Below are positions 1-9,140 of a stretch of 64,000 nucleotides of DNA, piece by piece. Within the stretch, counting starts at the first letter, position 1, and every line of letters begins with the position of its first letter. The position numbers and the translations under genes were made by a program. The stretch lies in IMG/VR virus record IMGVR_UViG_3300033146_002768, positions 1-64,000 of that record. One strand, written 5' to 3'. Under the pieces are notes generated by a model that ran no database searches, was not told the origin of the DNA, and worked only from the letters and a program-made list of their open reading frames with translations.

Positions 1-408
1 TTTGATGGAGACTGCTGCCTTTTATCTATTATATATAAAAAAGAAGAACAAAATATAAAATGTCATATAAGTAAATTATTAGATAATGAAGAATTTGAAT
101 TTATATCTAAACAAGAAAAAAATAATGGAATTATTGTAACTAAATATAAACCAAAAAATAATATATGTATAGAATCTATAGATCCTAAAACTGGTAATAT
201 TGATAACAAAAAAATATCACAATACAGTAGACATGAAAATATAGAAATGTATAAAATAAAAGATAAGAAAAAACGTTTTGAAACATTTTGGTCTTCTTAT
301 GATCATTCATTAATTATATATGATTCTAATAAAGAACAAATAAGGAAAATGAGTCCCAAAGAAGTATTAGAAAATCCAGATGGTAAATTTTTAATTAGGA
401 AAAAATAA
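1..408 (+). CDS. rpoC: RNA polymerase beta' (set 1) N-terminal part, 5'-truncated, ending in the N-half of a split intein
   Basis: Frame +1 is open from base 1 to TAA 406-408 and reads FDGD|CCLLSII...SIDPKTGNIDNKKISQYSRH...WSSYDHSLIIYD...FLIRKK*. FDGD is the end of the catalytic NADFDGD motif. Not in the ORF track. Confidence 0.85.
   Translation, partial: FDGDCCLLSIIYKKEEQNIKCHISKLLDNEEFEFISKQEKNNGIIVTKYKPKNNICIESIDPKTGNIDNKKISQYSRHENIEMYKIKDKKKRFETFWSSYDHSLIIYDSNKEQIRKMSPKEVLENPDGKFLIRKK
13..405 (+). mobile_element. Split intein N-fragment (IntN, 131 aa)
   Basis: Starts with Cys directly after FDGD and contains a block-B-like SYDHSLII (xxDH) motif; ends at a stop codon with no C-terminal splice motif. 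Confidence 0.8.
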
Positions 409-1500
409 ATGAAAAAGTTTGATGTGGAAATTGAAAAAATAAAAAAAGATATTTTATCTGGATTAGAATTTAAAAATATAGTAAAATCTTTTGTTAGAAC
501 TAATAATTTAAACATAGAATTGAAAAAGAGAACAACTTTTTTAGACAACATTTTTTCAAATATTAGAAATATTGATAGATTATGGTTATACATTAATAAT
601 ATTATTAATTATTCACAATTTCCAATATGTGAATATTGTAAAAAAAATAAAGTTAGAATGGAAGTTAATTTTAAAAAAGATATCGGTTTTTCAAAAACTT
701 GTAGTAAAGATTGTGGTATTAAATTAGGTTTATTGAATACAAAATCTCCAGAAGCTATTAAAAAAGCAGAAAAAACTAAAAAGAAAGTTTTAATGGATAA
801 ATATGGCGTTGATCATGTTTCTAAAATATCTGAAGTAAAAATAAAAAAACATAACACAGCTTTAAAAAATTATGGTAGTTTAAAAGCTGCTTATTATGAT
901 ACAGCCAAAAAAACAATTAATGATAAATATAATGTAGATCATGTTTCATTAATTCCTGGAATTAATGAAAAAAAACAAAAAACATCAATAAAACGATATG
1001 GTACTAAATATCCATGGCAATCAGTTAAAGGAAAAGAAAAACAAAAGAACGGGGTTTTAGTAAAATATAACGTTACTAATATTTCAAAATTAGATGAAAT
1101 AAAAGAAAAGAAAAAAGAAACTTATATAAAGCATTATGGAGTTGATAATTACACTAAAACTATAGAATTTATAGAATCAATTAGCGGAGAAAATAATCCT
1201 AATTGGAAAGGTGGTATTTCAAAAAATGAATATTGTGAAATATTTACATTACAAGAGTTTAAAACATTAATTATGGAAAGAGATTTTTGCAAATGTTTGA
1301 ATCCTAGTTGTAATGGGAAATGTAAGAATGATTTAGTTATACATCATATTGATTATAATAAAATGAATTGCAATCTTTTTAATTTAATAACAATTTGTAG
1401 AAGTTGTAATACTATCGCTAATTATGATAGAGAATGGCATAAATCTTGGTATAGTGCTATAATGTTAAAAAGATATAATAAGTGGGGTTTAAATGATTAG
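409..1500 (+). CDS. Free-standing HNH homing endonuclease between the split-intein halves
   Basis: KYG/KYN-type repeats, GENNPNWKGG, and a C-terminal CLNPSC...IHHIDYNK..C...NLITICRSCN HNH motif. Confidence 0.8.
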   Translation: MKKFDVEIEKIKKDILSGLEFKNIVKSFVRTNNLNIELKKRTTFLDNIFSNIRNIDRLWLYINNIINYSQFPICEYCKKNKVRMEVNFKKDIGFSKTCSKDCGIKLGLLNTKSPEAIKKAEKTKKKVLMDKYGVDHVSKISEVKIKKHNTALKNYGSLKAAYYDTAKKTINDKYNVDHVSLIPGINEKKQKTSIKRYGTKYPWQSVKGKEKQKNGVLVKYNVTNISKLDEIKEKKKETYIKHYGVDNYTKTIEFIESISGENNPNWKGGISKNEYCEIFTLQEFKTLIMERDFCKCLNPSCNGKCKNDLVIHHIDYNKMNCNLFNLITICRSCNTIANYDREWHKSWYSAIMLKRYNKWGLND

Positions 1501-1657
1501 TAAAAAAGAACTAATAAAAAATAATATAGAACTAATACCAATTTCTGATTTAAATATTGAATTAGATCCTAATGAAACTATAGCTTATGATTTAACTGTA
1601 GATGATTATTTTACATTTTGTAGTCATGATGGAATTTTTGTACAAGATACTAACTAG
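1493..1657 (+). mobile_element. Split intein C-fragment (IntC, 52 aa, ends ...GIFVQD) followed by +1 Thr of the beta' C-extein
   Basis: ATG 1493 overlaps the HNH stop. Translates MISKKELIKNNIELIPISDLNIELDPNETIAYDLTVDDYFTFCSHDGIFVQD|TN*, with block F (YDLTV) and block G (GIFVQD/T). Not in the ORF track. Confidence 0.8.
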
Positions 1658-2807
1658 CGGCACTTCTTCTGGAGAATTTATTTTTGGTTTATCAAAAGAA
1701 ATGTGGGCTGGTTTATATACAATTTCAAAAGATAAAAAACCTAAAGGGTCTCCAATAGCTGTTTCAAATGAAGATTTATTAACCGCAAAAGATCCTTATA
1801 TAGCTGTTAAATATAGAGGTAATAAAACTACTATGGGGAAAGCTTTAATAAATAGTTGTTTTCCTAAAGATTTAGGTTTTATGGAAGCTCAAGCAACAAA
1901 GAAAACTATTGGAGCAAGAATAGAGCTATCTTATAATAAACATGGTGATGATGTAGTTAAAGCAGTTGTTGATAAATTAAAAGATGTAGGATTTAAATGG
2001 GCTACTATTATGGCTCCTTCTATGAATCTAGATGATTTTGCATTACCTGCATCAGTTATAAAAATTAAAGAAAAATTAAAAACTGCTAATCCAGAAGAAG
2101 CTCAAGATTTGATAGAGCAAGCACAGGTAATATTAGAAAAACATCTAGATAACACTGGGTTTGGAGATTTAGCAAATTCGGGATCAACTAAAGGTTGGGG
2201 TCAGCCAATGCAAATATTAGTTGCAAAGGGTGTTATCGCTGATCCTGATGGTAATGTTTTAGACCCTATATCAGGGTCATTTGCAGATGGTTTATCTAAT
2301 AGAGAATACTTTGACGCATCTCAAGGGGCAAGAAAAGGTATTATTGATAGGGTTATCAATACGGCTGATACTGGTTATATGGCACGTAAATTAGCATATC
2401 TTTTAAACACAGTTGAAGTTGAACGACTTATTAAAGATTGTAGAACTAAAAGAACTGTTGCTATTAAATTAGATGATATTTTAATCAAAAGATTTAAAGG
2501 TAGATATGTAATAAAAAATGGAAAATTAATGTTATTTGATGATGCTAAATTTAAAGTTGGAGATATAGCAAATTTCAGAACTCCTATTTATTGTGAATCA
2601 GAAAAAATATGTCATACTTGTTATGGTAAGTTATTAGAAAGACATCAAACACCTTATGTTGGAATATTAGCAGCACAAATTATTGGGGAACGTGGGACTC
2701 AGTTGATTATGAAAACTTTTCACACGGGTGGTGCCGTATCGCTGATAAAGCGTGATATGCTTGGGGATATCATCAATAATGATCCAATGTCAGGGTTAGA
2801 AAAATAG
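1650..2807 (+). CDS. rpoC: RNA polymerase beta' (set 1) middle part (bridge helix, Zn site, trigger loop); out of frame with IntC
   Basis: GARKGIID..NTADTGYMARKL, CHTCYG, GERGTQLIMKTFHTGG. The track start (1602) overlaps IntC in another frame; homology to the set-2 beta' begins near 1650 (LTSG..GLY). Confidence 0.9.
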   Translation, partial: LTSGTSSGEFIFGLSKEMWAGLYTISKDKKPKGSPIAVSNEDLLTAKDPYIAVKYRGNKTTMGKALINSCFPKDLGFMEAQATKKTIGARIELSYNKHGDDVVKAVVDKLKDVGFKWATIMAPSMNLDDFALPASVIKIKEKLKTANPEEAQDLIEQAQVILEKHLDNTGFGDLANSGSTKGWGQPMQILVAKGVIADPDGNVLDPISGSFADGLSNREYFDASQGARKGIIDRVINTADTGYMARKLAYLLNTVEVERLIKDCRTKRTVAIKLDDILIKRFKGRYVIKNGKLMLFDDAKFKVGDIANFRTPIYCESEKICHTCYGKLLERHQTPYVGILAAQIIGERGTQLIMKTFHTGGAVSLIKRDMLGDIINNDPMSGLEK

Positions 2808-2890
2808 TTTGAGTTACAAACTATATGAAACAGGGGGTTAATAACTTAATTATTTAGAATATATTATAAATCAATATAAGGAGATATAAT

Positions 2891-3174
2891 ATGAAATTAG
2901 TTGAATTGTTAGAAAAAAATTAATTGTTTCTAAAGGTAAAAAGTATTTATGTGGTAGTTGTAATAAATTATTTACTAAAATTGGTATCACAAATCATTAT
3001 TTTTATGCCCATACAGAATCTGGAAGACTTAAAAAAGAAGAAATGAGTCAGAAAGCTAAAATTAAAAATAATACACCAGAAATGAAAAAGAAAATTTCAC
3101 AAGAAACATTAAAAGCATATAATGAAGGAACAGCAAGAGAGAATCATTTAAAAATAGTGCAGTCAAAAAAATAA
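2891..3174 (+). pseudogene. Homing-endonuclease-like remnant with C2H2 zinc finger, frameshifted in an A7 run
   Basis: RBS AAGGAG then ATG 2891 MKLVELLEKN*. The -1 frame continues LIVSKGKKYLCGSCNKLFTKIGITNHYFYAH...PEMKKKIS to TAA 3172-3174. Confidence 0.55.
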
Positions 3175-3186
3175 AGAGGTAATATT

Positions 3187-3462
3187 ATGAATAAACAAAT
3201 AATTTCAATATACATTCAAGAAAATTTTAAAGATAAGCTTCCTACAATTAAAAAAATAAAAACAGAACAACGAAGAATTTATGGAGCTATATATAAATAT
3301 ACAGACTTTTTACCAAAATCAACTTCATTTGCTGAGAGAAGTTATTTATTATCACAAGGTCTTGATAGAAGACCAAAGTGTATGAAATGTGATAAATTAT
3401 TAAAGTTTAAAAGTTATAAAACTGGATATGGTAAAGTATGTTCAAAATCTTGTAAAGGATAA
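3187..3462 (+). CDS. Truncated homing-endonuclease N-terminal Zn-binding domain
   Basis: ERSYLL...PKCMKC...GYGKVCSKSC resembles the N-terminus of the 409 HNH (DRLWL...PICEYC...GFSKTCSKDC). Confidence 0.5.
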   Translation: MNKQIISIYIQENFKDKLPTIKKIKTEQRRIYGAIYKYTDFLPKSTSFAERSYLLSQGLDRRPKCMKCDKLLKFKSYKTGYGKVCSKSCKG

Positions 3463-3466
3463 CTCT

Positions 3467-3760
3467 ATGAAAACCTTAGCTGAAGAATATGTTTTTAAAA
3501 TATTAAAGGAAGCAGTAAAAGTAGGTCAAATAACAAAGACTGGTTTAGTAGCTTCTGCTGTTGGTGGTGGTCTTGTAGGATTAGCTTCTTATTATCTTTA
3601 TAAAAAATATAAACAAGCTCAAGTCAGAGCACAACTGGAAAAAGATCCTTCTAAAAGAAATGAATTAAATGTTAAAGCTAATGATTTAAAACAAAAAGCG
3701 AATAAAACAAAAATGGATGAACAAAAGAAAAAACAATTACAACAACGAATGAAACAATAG
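3467..3760 (+). CDS. Hypothetical protein with one glycine-rich hydrophobic helix and a basic coiled-coil tail
   Basis: AAGGA RBS before ATG 3467; GLVASAVGGGLVGLASYYLY segment. Confidence 0.6.
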   Translation: MKTLAEEYVFKILKEAVKVGQITKTGLVASAVGGGLVGLASYYLYKKYKQAQVRAQLEKDPSKRNELNVKANDLKQKANKTKMDEQKKKQLQQRMKQ

Positions 3761-3770
3761 GCAAGTTAAT

Positions 3771-4484
3771 ATGAAAATTAATAATGTTTTAAAACAAATA
3801 GATCAACAGTTAATATCAATTAAACCGATGACAATAACAATTGATCTTTCAAATTATGATAAGACTAGTTTGAAAGAAACTGAAACTAAGATTTGGGTAA
3901 AATCATTATTAGCATCCGCTGAATATGATAATATTGTTTTTGATATAACATTAGATTATGCTCTTGAATTATTTGTATATGATAGAGAAGATATCGGAAA
4001 AGAATATATTAAATTAAAATATGAAGCTAATGCTCCAGTTTTAGAAGTATCTACAGAAGCTGGTGAATCTGCTGTACAAATTGCTTATGTCGAAAGATTG
4101 ATTGGCGGTAGAGAAATACTAAAAGATGCTGCTCATTTATATAGAAAATTATTTGCTGTATATGGTAAATTATCTAATATGGATTCAGTACATTTAGAAA
4201 TTATGTGTTCACAAGTTTTGAGAGATAAAAAGAATATGCAGATTCCTGCTCGATTAGGAAAGAAGTGGGATCCTATATTAGTTAATTTAAAGAAAGTTAT
4301 TTTTTCAGAAGGGTTTGTTAATGGATTAGCTTTTGAAAATATTAATGATGCTATAAAAACAGGTCTAATAACAGAAGAAAAAGGTGAAGCAAGTATTATA
4401 GAGAAAGTAATGACTGGCAGTTTAGTTGATGAAAAACGAGGAAAAAATTCAAGATTAGGTGATAGAGGTTATAAAAATAGATAG
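3771..4484 (+). CDS. rpoC: RNA polymerase beta' (set 1) C-terminal part
   Basis: VHLEIMCSQVLRD and FVNGLAFEN...TG align with HVHFECVVSQLM and LMGLAFSN...G at the end of the set-2 beta'. Confidence 0.8.
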   Translation: MKINNVLKQIDQQLISIKPMTITIDLSNYDKTSLKETETKIWVKSLLASAEYDNIVFDITLDYALELFVYDREDIGKEYIKLKYEANAPVLEVSTEAGESAVQIAYVERLIGGREILKDAAHLYRKLFAVYGKLSNMDSVHLEIMCSQVLRDKKNMQIPARLGKKWDPILVNLKKVIFSEGFVNGLAFENINDAIKTGLITEEKGEASIIEKVMTGSLVDEKRGKNSRLGDRGYKNR

Positions 4485-4492
4485 GATAAATT

Positions 4493-5353
4493 ATGAGTAA
4501 ATATAAAGGAGATATATTATGTAGTTATGGTTGTGGTCATAAAGCTAAATATTTTTTTACATCAACAAAAAAATATTGTTGCTCATCTCATTTTTCTCAA
4601 TGTCCTATTAGAAGAAAACAATCTAAAAACTATATGACTGGTTTAAGAGTTGGTAATAAAAATCCTAGATATGGTGTAAAAATGAGCAATGAATTAAAAG
4701 AAAAAATACGAAAAGGAAATAAAGAAAATAATTATAATCCAAGTATTAAAACTCGAGAAAAAATGGCTATATCAAGTAAATTATCTATTAAGAATATTAA
4801 TATTAAATATAAATTATTTAGTAAAATAGAGAATTTAAGATATAAACCAGCTCATAAAAAAGAAAAAATAATTCAAGTTAGATGTAAATCTAATAATTGT
4901 AATAAATGGTTTACTCCATCTTATATACAATTATATGAAAGAATAAGAAATATTGAAATCAATGAATTAGATAATTCATATTTTTATTGTTCTGAAAAAT
5001 GTAAAGAAGAGTGTCCTTTATATGGAAAGAGAGTTGAAACTTTAATCAAAGAAGATAAAATAAATGTTGGGCATATAGAGGAATCTTGGTATACTTCTCA
5101 AGAATATCAAACATGGAGAGATCAAGTTTTTAAATTAGATAATAGTAAGTGTGTTTGGTGTAATAAAGAAGCTACGATAGCTCATCATATTTTACCTCAA
5201 AAGATTTATCCAAATCTTAGTTTAGATCCTGAGAATGGATTATCATGTTGTCAAAAATGTCATTATAAATATGGACATCGTGATTCTTTATGTAATACTA
5301 ATCATTTAAGTAAATTAATTTGTGATCGTACTTATAGAATTAAAAATAGATAA
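4493..5353 (+). CDS. HNH endonuclease (CxYGCG N-terminus, NUMOD3-like motifs)
   Basis: CSYGCG, KYCCS, GNKNPRYG, CVWC...AHHILP...NGLSCCQKCH; paralog of 13276. Confidence 0.8.
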   Translation: MSKYKGDILCSYGCGHKAKYFFTSTKKYCCSSHFSQCPIRRKQSKNYMTGLRVGNKNPRYGVKMSNELKEKIRKGNKENNYNPSIKTREKMAISSKLSIKNINIKYKLFSKIENLRYKPAHKKEKIIQVRCKSNNCNKWFTPSYIQLYERIRNIEINELDNSYFYCSEKCKEECPLYGKRVETLIKEDKINVGHIEESWYTSQEYQTWRDQVFKLDNSKCVWCNKEATIAHHILPQKIYPNLSLDPENGLSCCQKCHYKYGHRDSLCNTNHLSKLICDRTYRIKNR

Positions 5354-5367
5354 TAGGAGAAATTTGA

Positions 5368-6738
5368 ATGCTTGACGTGACATATATTTATACAAGCTAT
5401 ACGAATATTACAGATTTAAAAAAAGATAGATTAGATGCTTGGCCATCTACACCAAGAGTAATGACAAATATTTTAAATAATCAAAAAGATTTACGAGTAA
5501 CATATAGTACAATACCTTTACTTATATCATTAGCTTATATTGAATATTGTAAAAATGAACTAAATCCTAATTGGACTAAATTTCATTATGAGTTTTGTAA
5601 AGAGATAGTTAAAACTATTAAAACTGAATACGTATTATTAACTTTAGGTAATCCTTGGGAAATAATATTTTTAGGGATTTTAATAGATGCGGGCAAAAAA
5701 GTAGTTGTTGGCGGACCGTATGTAAAATCATATGATTTAGAAATTTTAAGAGAGATGTTTAAAGTAAATGGTTGTAAGAATCTTGATAATGTTATAATAG
5801 TTCGACCTTTTATTAATAAAGATGTTAATATTTATAATATTATTCAACTTTGGAAAGATATTGATATGGACATAGTATATGATTGCTCTGATATATATCT
5901 AACTGAATCTGATTTTTATTTATCATTTAAACCAACATTTAAAAATCATAAAATTCTTTTTAAACGATTTAGTATAATATCTCAAACAACATGTGGGTGG
6001 GGTAAATGCTCATTTTGTAAATATTCAGTTAAAACACATTCTAAAAAATTTATAAATTCTAAAAATTTTGAAGAAGTTATGAGAAATACTTTTAATTTAA
6101 TGAAACAAGTTGGTGCTACTAAACTTAATATAATGGATCCAGAGTTTTATTTTACTAAAACTAATTGTAAAATATTGAATGAGTTTAGAAAAAAAGGATA
6201 TAAAGTAATCTTTTTTGTTAGTGTAAGACAATTACTTAATGATGATTTCTTTGATAATATATTTATAAAATATTCAGATGTTATACAATCAATATTAATT
6301 GGGTTTGAATGTATTGAAGATTTTAGTTTAAAGTTATTAAATAAAGGTGTAAATGAAAACGATACATTTAAAATAATACAAAAGATTTGTAATTATAAAT
6401 CAGATGTAGGAATATTAGCTCTTTTTATGTCCAATCTTGCTACTAATAATAAAGATGCTGTAACTAAGAATTACAAAAATATTAAGAAATTTAAAGATAT
6501 GTGTAATCAAAATGATATTAAATATAATTTTTCTTTTTCTGAATTTAATGCAAATCCTTTATCTGAGTATACTACAAATAATCCTTATTTAAGATTAAAA
6601 TATCATCCATTATATGTATTGAATGATTATGATCGAGTTGATGAAAACGGAAACATATTTTCAAAACATGATTCAAAAATTATTGATAGTGAATTATATA
6701 ATGAAATAATAGAATTTTTTAGATGGGGTAATATATAA
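5368..6738 (+). CDS. Radical SAM protein with a degenerate B12-binding-like N-domain
   Basis: VVVGGP; CGWGKCSFC Fe-S motif; IGFE...LKLLNKG. Confidence 0.7.
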   Translation: MLDVTYIYTSYTNITDLKKDRLDAWPSTPRVMTNILNNQKDLRVTYSTIPLLISLAYIEYCKNELNPNWTKFHYEFCKEIVKTIKTEYVLLTLGNPWEIIFLGILIDAGKKVVVGGPYVKSYDLEILREMFKVNGCKNLDNVIIVRPFINKDVNIYNIIQLWKDIDMDIVYDCSDIYLTESDFYLSFKPTFKNHKILFKRFSIISQTTCGWGKCSFCKYSVKTHSKKFINSKNFEEVMRNTFNLMKQVGATKLNIMDPEFYFTKTNCKILNEFRKKGYKVIFFVSVRQLLNDDFFDNIFIKYSDVIQSILIGFECIEDFSLKLLNKGVNENDTFKIIQKICNYKSDVGILALFMSNLATNNKDAVTKNYKNIKKFKDMCNQNDIKYNFSFSEFNANPLSEYTTNNPYLRLKYHPLYVLNDYDRVDENGNIFSKHDSKIIDSELYNEIIEFFRWGNI

Positions 6739-8070
6739 ATGTTAGATATTACATATGTATATACTGCATTTTCAAGATATTTACCAAATAAATCTAGTAG
6801 ATCTTATCCTCTTACAACAAGAGTTATGACTAAGATTTTAAATAATCAAAAAAAATTAAATGTTATATATAGTGATATACCTTTATTAGCAATATTAACA
6901 TATTTAAAATATAAATCTACTTATGAAATATTTTATAAAAATTTTAGAAAAGATGCAATAAAAACTATAAATACTAAACATGTTTTATTGACATTAGGAA
7001 CATCTTATGATTTATTATTTGGAGTTGATTTATTAAATTCTGGTTTTAAAGTTATAGTTGGTGGTTCTCTTACAAAAATATATAATATTAAAGAATTAAG
7101 AAAAATATTTAAAACAAATGGTTGTAATAATTTAGATAATTTAATTATTGTTAGACCTTATATAAATAAAGATGTTGATTTATATGAAATAATAATAAAC
7201 AATAAAGATATAGGAATGGAATATAAATATGATATTTCTGATATTTATAATTCTGATGAAGATTTCTATCTAAATTATATTCCTTATTTAAAAAAATATA
7301 ATTATGATTTTACAATAGTATCATCCTTTTTTAATTCAATTTGTACATGGAGTAATTGTAATTTTTGTACTTATAAACAAAAAGATTGTCAAGTTAATTT
7401 TATGAATATGAATAATGTTTATAAAATTGCAGAATCTACAAAAAAAATAATGAATAAATATGATACAAATTGTAATTGTATTTTAGATCCAGATTTTCAG
7501 TTTAATGAAATAAGTGAAACATATTTAAAATTAATGTCTGATGATGGTTATAAAGTTGGAATTATGACTAGTATTAGATCATTAAAAGATAATACATATT
7601 TTGATAGAATATTTAATAATGAAAAAGATTTTTTTGCTATATATATTGGGATTGAAACTTTAGATAATTTTGCTTTAGGATTATTAAATAAAGGTTCAGA
7701 TGTAAATGATTCTATTAAAATTTTTGATAAAATAATCAAAAGAAAAAATAAAAATATTTTAGTTCATTGTTTATTAATGTTAAATTTAGCATCAAAAAAT
7801 AAAGAACATATTATTGAAGGATATAATAAATTAGCTGAAATTAGACTTAAATTTCTAAGAGCTGGGATACAGTTAGAAATATTACCTATTGATTTAGAAT
7901 TATATCCTGAAATTGAATATTCAAATAATAAATTTTTTAAATTATTAACACCTCCTGATAAAATACCTTGTTTATATGAAAGATATGATATAAATGGTAA
8001 AAAAATATTATTTGATAAACAAATAGTAGATAAAAAAATATTTAAATTTGTTAATTATTATAGAAAGTAA
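6739..8070 (+). CDS. Radical SAM protein, tandem paralog of 5368
   Basis: VIVGGS; CTWSNCNFC; IGIE...LGLLNKG; shares MLDxTYxYT and NGCxNLDNxIIVRPxINKDV with 5368. Confidence 0.7.
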   Translation: MLDITYVYTAFSRYLPNKSSRSYPLTTRVMTKILNNQKKLNVIYSDIPLLAILTYLKYKSTYEIFYKNFRKDAIKTINTKHVLLTLGTSYDLLFGVDLLNSGFKVIVGGSLTKIYNIKELRKIFKTNGCNNLDNLIIVRPYINKDVDLYEIIINNKDIGMEYKYDISDIYNSDEDFYLNYIPYLKKYNYDFTIVSSFFNSICTWSNCNFCTYKQKDCQVNFMNMNNVYKIAESTKKIMNKYDTNCNCILDPDFQFNEISETYLKLMSDDGYKVGIMTSIRSLKDNTYFDRIFNNEKDFFAIYIGIETLDNFALGLLNKGSDVNDSIKIFDKIIKRKNKNILVHCLLMLNLASKNKEHIIEGYNKLAEIRLKFLRAGIQLEILPIDLELYPEIEYSNNKFFKLLTPPDKIPCLYERYDINGKKILFDKQIVDKKIFKFVNYYRK

Positions 8071-8083
8071 AAGGAATAATATC

Positions 8084-8773
8084 ATGACTACTTTAGAAAT
8101 GCAATATGATTTAAATAATATTATGAATGAATCTAATTATGATGAATTGTTAGAAATTTATAATTCCATAACTAATAATTCTATTTTAACAGAAGGAATT
8201 GCTTCTATTCCTATGAATAAGGCAAAACAAATGTTGAAGAAAATTTCTTCATTTAAAAATCCAAAACAAATGGAATCATTTATTAAATCTAATAAAAAAT
8301 TTGTTAAATCAGAAAAAGATTTAAACGTTAATGTAAAAAAATTAGCTAAGAAATTAAATTATACAGACGCTGAAGTTCAAGCTTCAAGAGTTAGTATTAT
8401 GAAATCTTTAGCTTTAATTTCTCAATTTGCAGGATTAGCTTCATTATTAGGGATTCCTTTAATTATTATTATTATGTTAATTGCAGCAGCTAAAGGTAAA
8501 TCACTATCAGAAGTAACAGATCAAATTTTAGACGATATTAAAGTATCAATTAGAAAAGATGTTAAAGGTCCATACGAAACAAGTATTCAAAATATTATAT
8601 GGGGATTGATTATTTATATAGGTAGTTTGATTGTTATGTTATTAGGTGGAGCTTTAGCTGTTGATGCTATAGTGGCAATAGGAGCTATTGGATTTCTTGT
8701 TGGTTTAATTTTGTTAATTATTTCTGTTATTTCATTTATGTGGACTTTTGTTACAACTCCACTTCGTGACTAA
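8084..8773 (+). CDS. Membrane protein, unknown function
   Basis: About three hydrophobic segments; AAGGA RBS before ATG 8084. Confidence 0.6.
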   Translation: MTTLEMQYDLNNIMNESNYDELLEIYNSITNNSILTEGIASIPMNKAKQMLKKISSFKNPKQMESFIKSNKKFVKSEKDLNVNVKKLAKKLNYTDAEVQASRVSIMKSLALISQFAGLASLLGIPLIIIIMLIAAAKGKSLSEVTDQILDDIKVSIRKDVKGPYETSIQNIIWGLIIYIGSLIVMLLGGALAVDAIVAIGAIGFLVGLILLIISVISFMWTFVTTPLRD

Positions 8774-8786
8774 AAAGAGGTAAAAA

Positions 8787-9140
8787 ATGTATAATTATAA
8801 AGCAATAATTACAAGAGTTGTTGATGGTGATACTTATGATGCTGAAATAGATTTAGGGTTTAATATAAAAGTTAAACAAAGACTAAGATTAAAAGATGTT
8901 GATACTCCTGAAACATGGAGACCTAAAACTGAATCAGAGAGAGCACATGGAATGAAAGCATCTCAATATGTAATGGAATTAATTGAAGGTCAACAAGTAA
9001 CATTAACTTCAGTTAAATCAGCAGTATATTCAAGATATGAAGCATACATTGAAATTAAAGGATATGATTTAGGAACATTAATTACAGAACATGGATTTAC
9101 TAAATTAGATAAATACGAGGATATAAATGATTCAATTTAA
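8787..9140 (+). CDS. Thermonuclease (SNase-like) family nuclease
   Basis: RVVDGDT, RL..VDTPE motifs. Confidence 0.85.
   Translation: MYNYKAIITRVVDGDTYDAEIDLGFNIKVKQRLRLKDVDTPETWRPKTESERAHGMKASQYVMELIEGQQVTLTSVKSAVYSRYEAYIEIKGYDLGTLITEHGFTKLDKYEDINDSI

Noticed and set aside
1602-1649. Track start MIILHFVVMMEFLYKI for the beta' middle piece
   Set aside because: These bases encode intein blocks F/G in another frame, and the peptide has no beta' similarity or RBS.
1655-1657. TAG readthrough or alternative genetic code to rescue beta'
   Set aside because: That frame hits TAA within about 26 codons and has no beta' similarity. TAG and TGA terminate many well-defined genes in the window.
2808-2890. 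Group I intron joining the beta' middle and C-terminal pieces
   Set aside because: No recognisable P7 or other core elements by eye, and the downstream piece has its own ATG.
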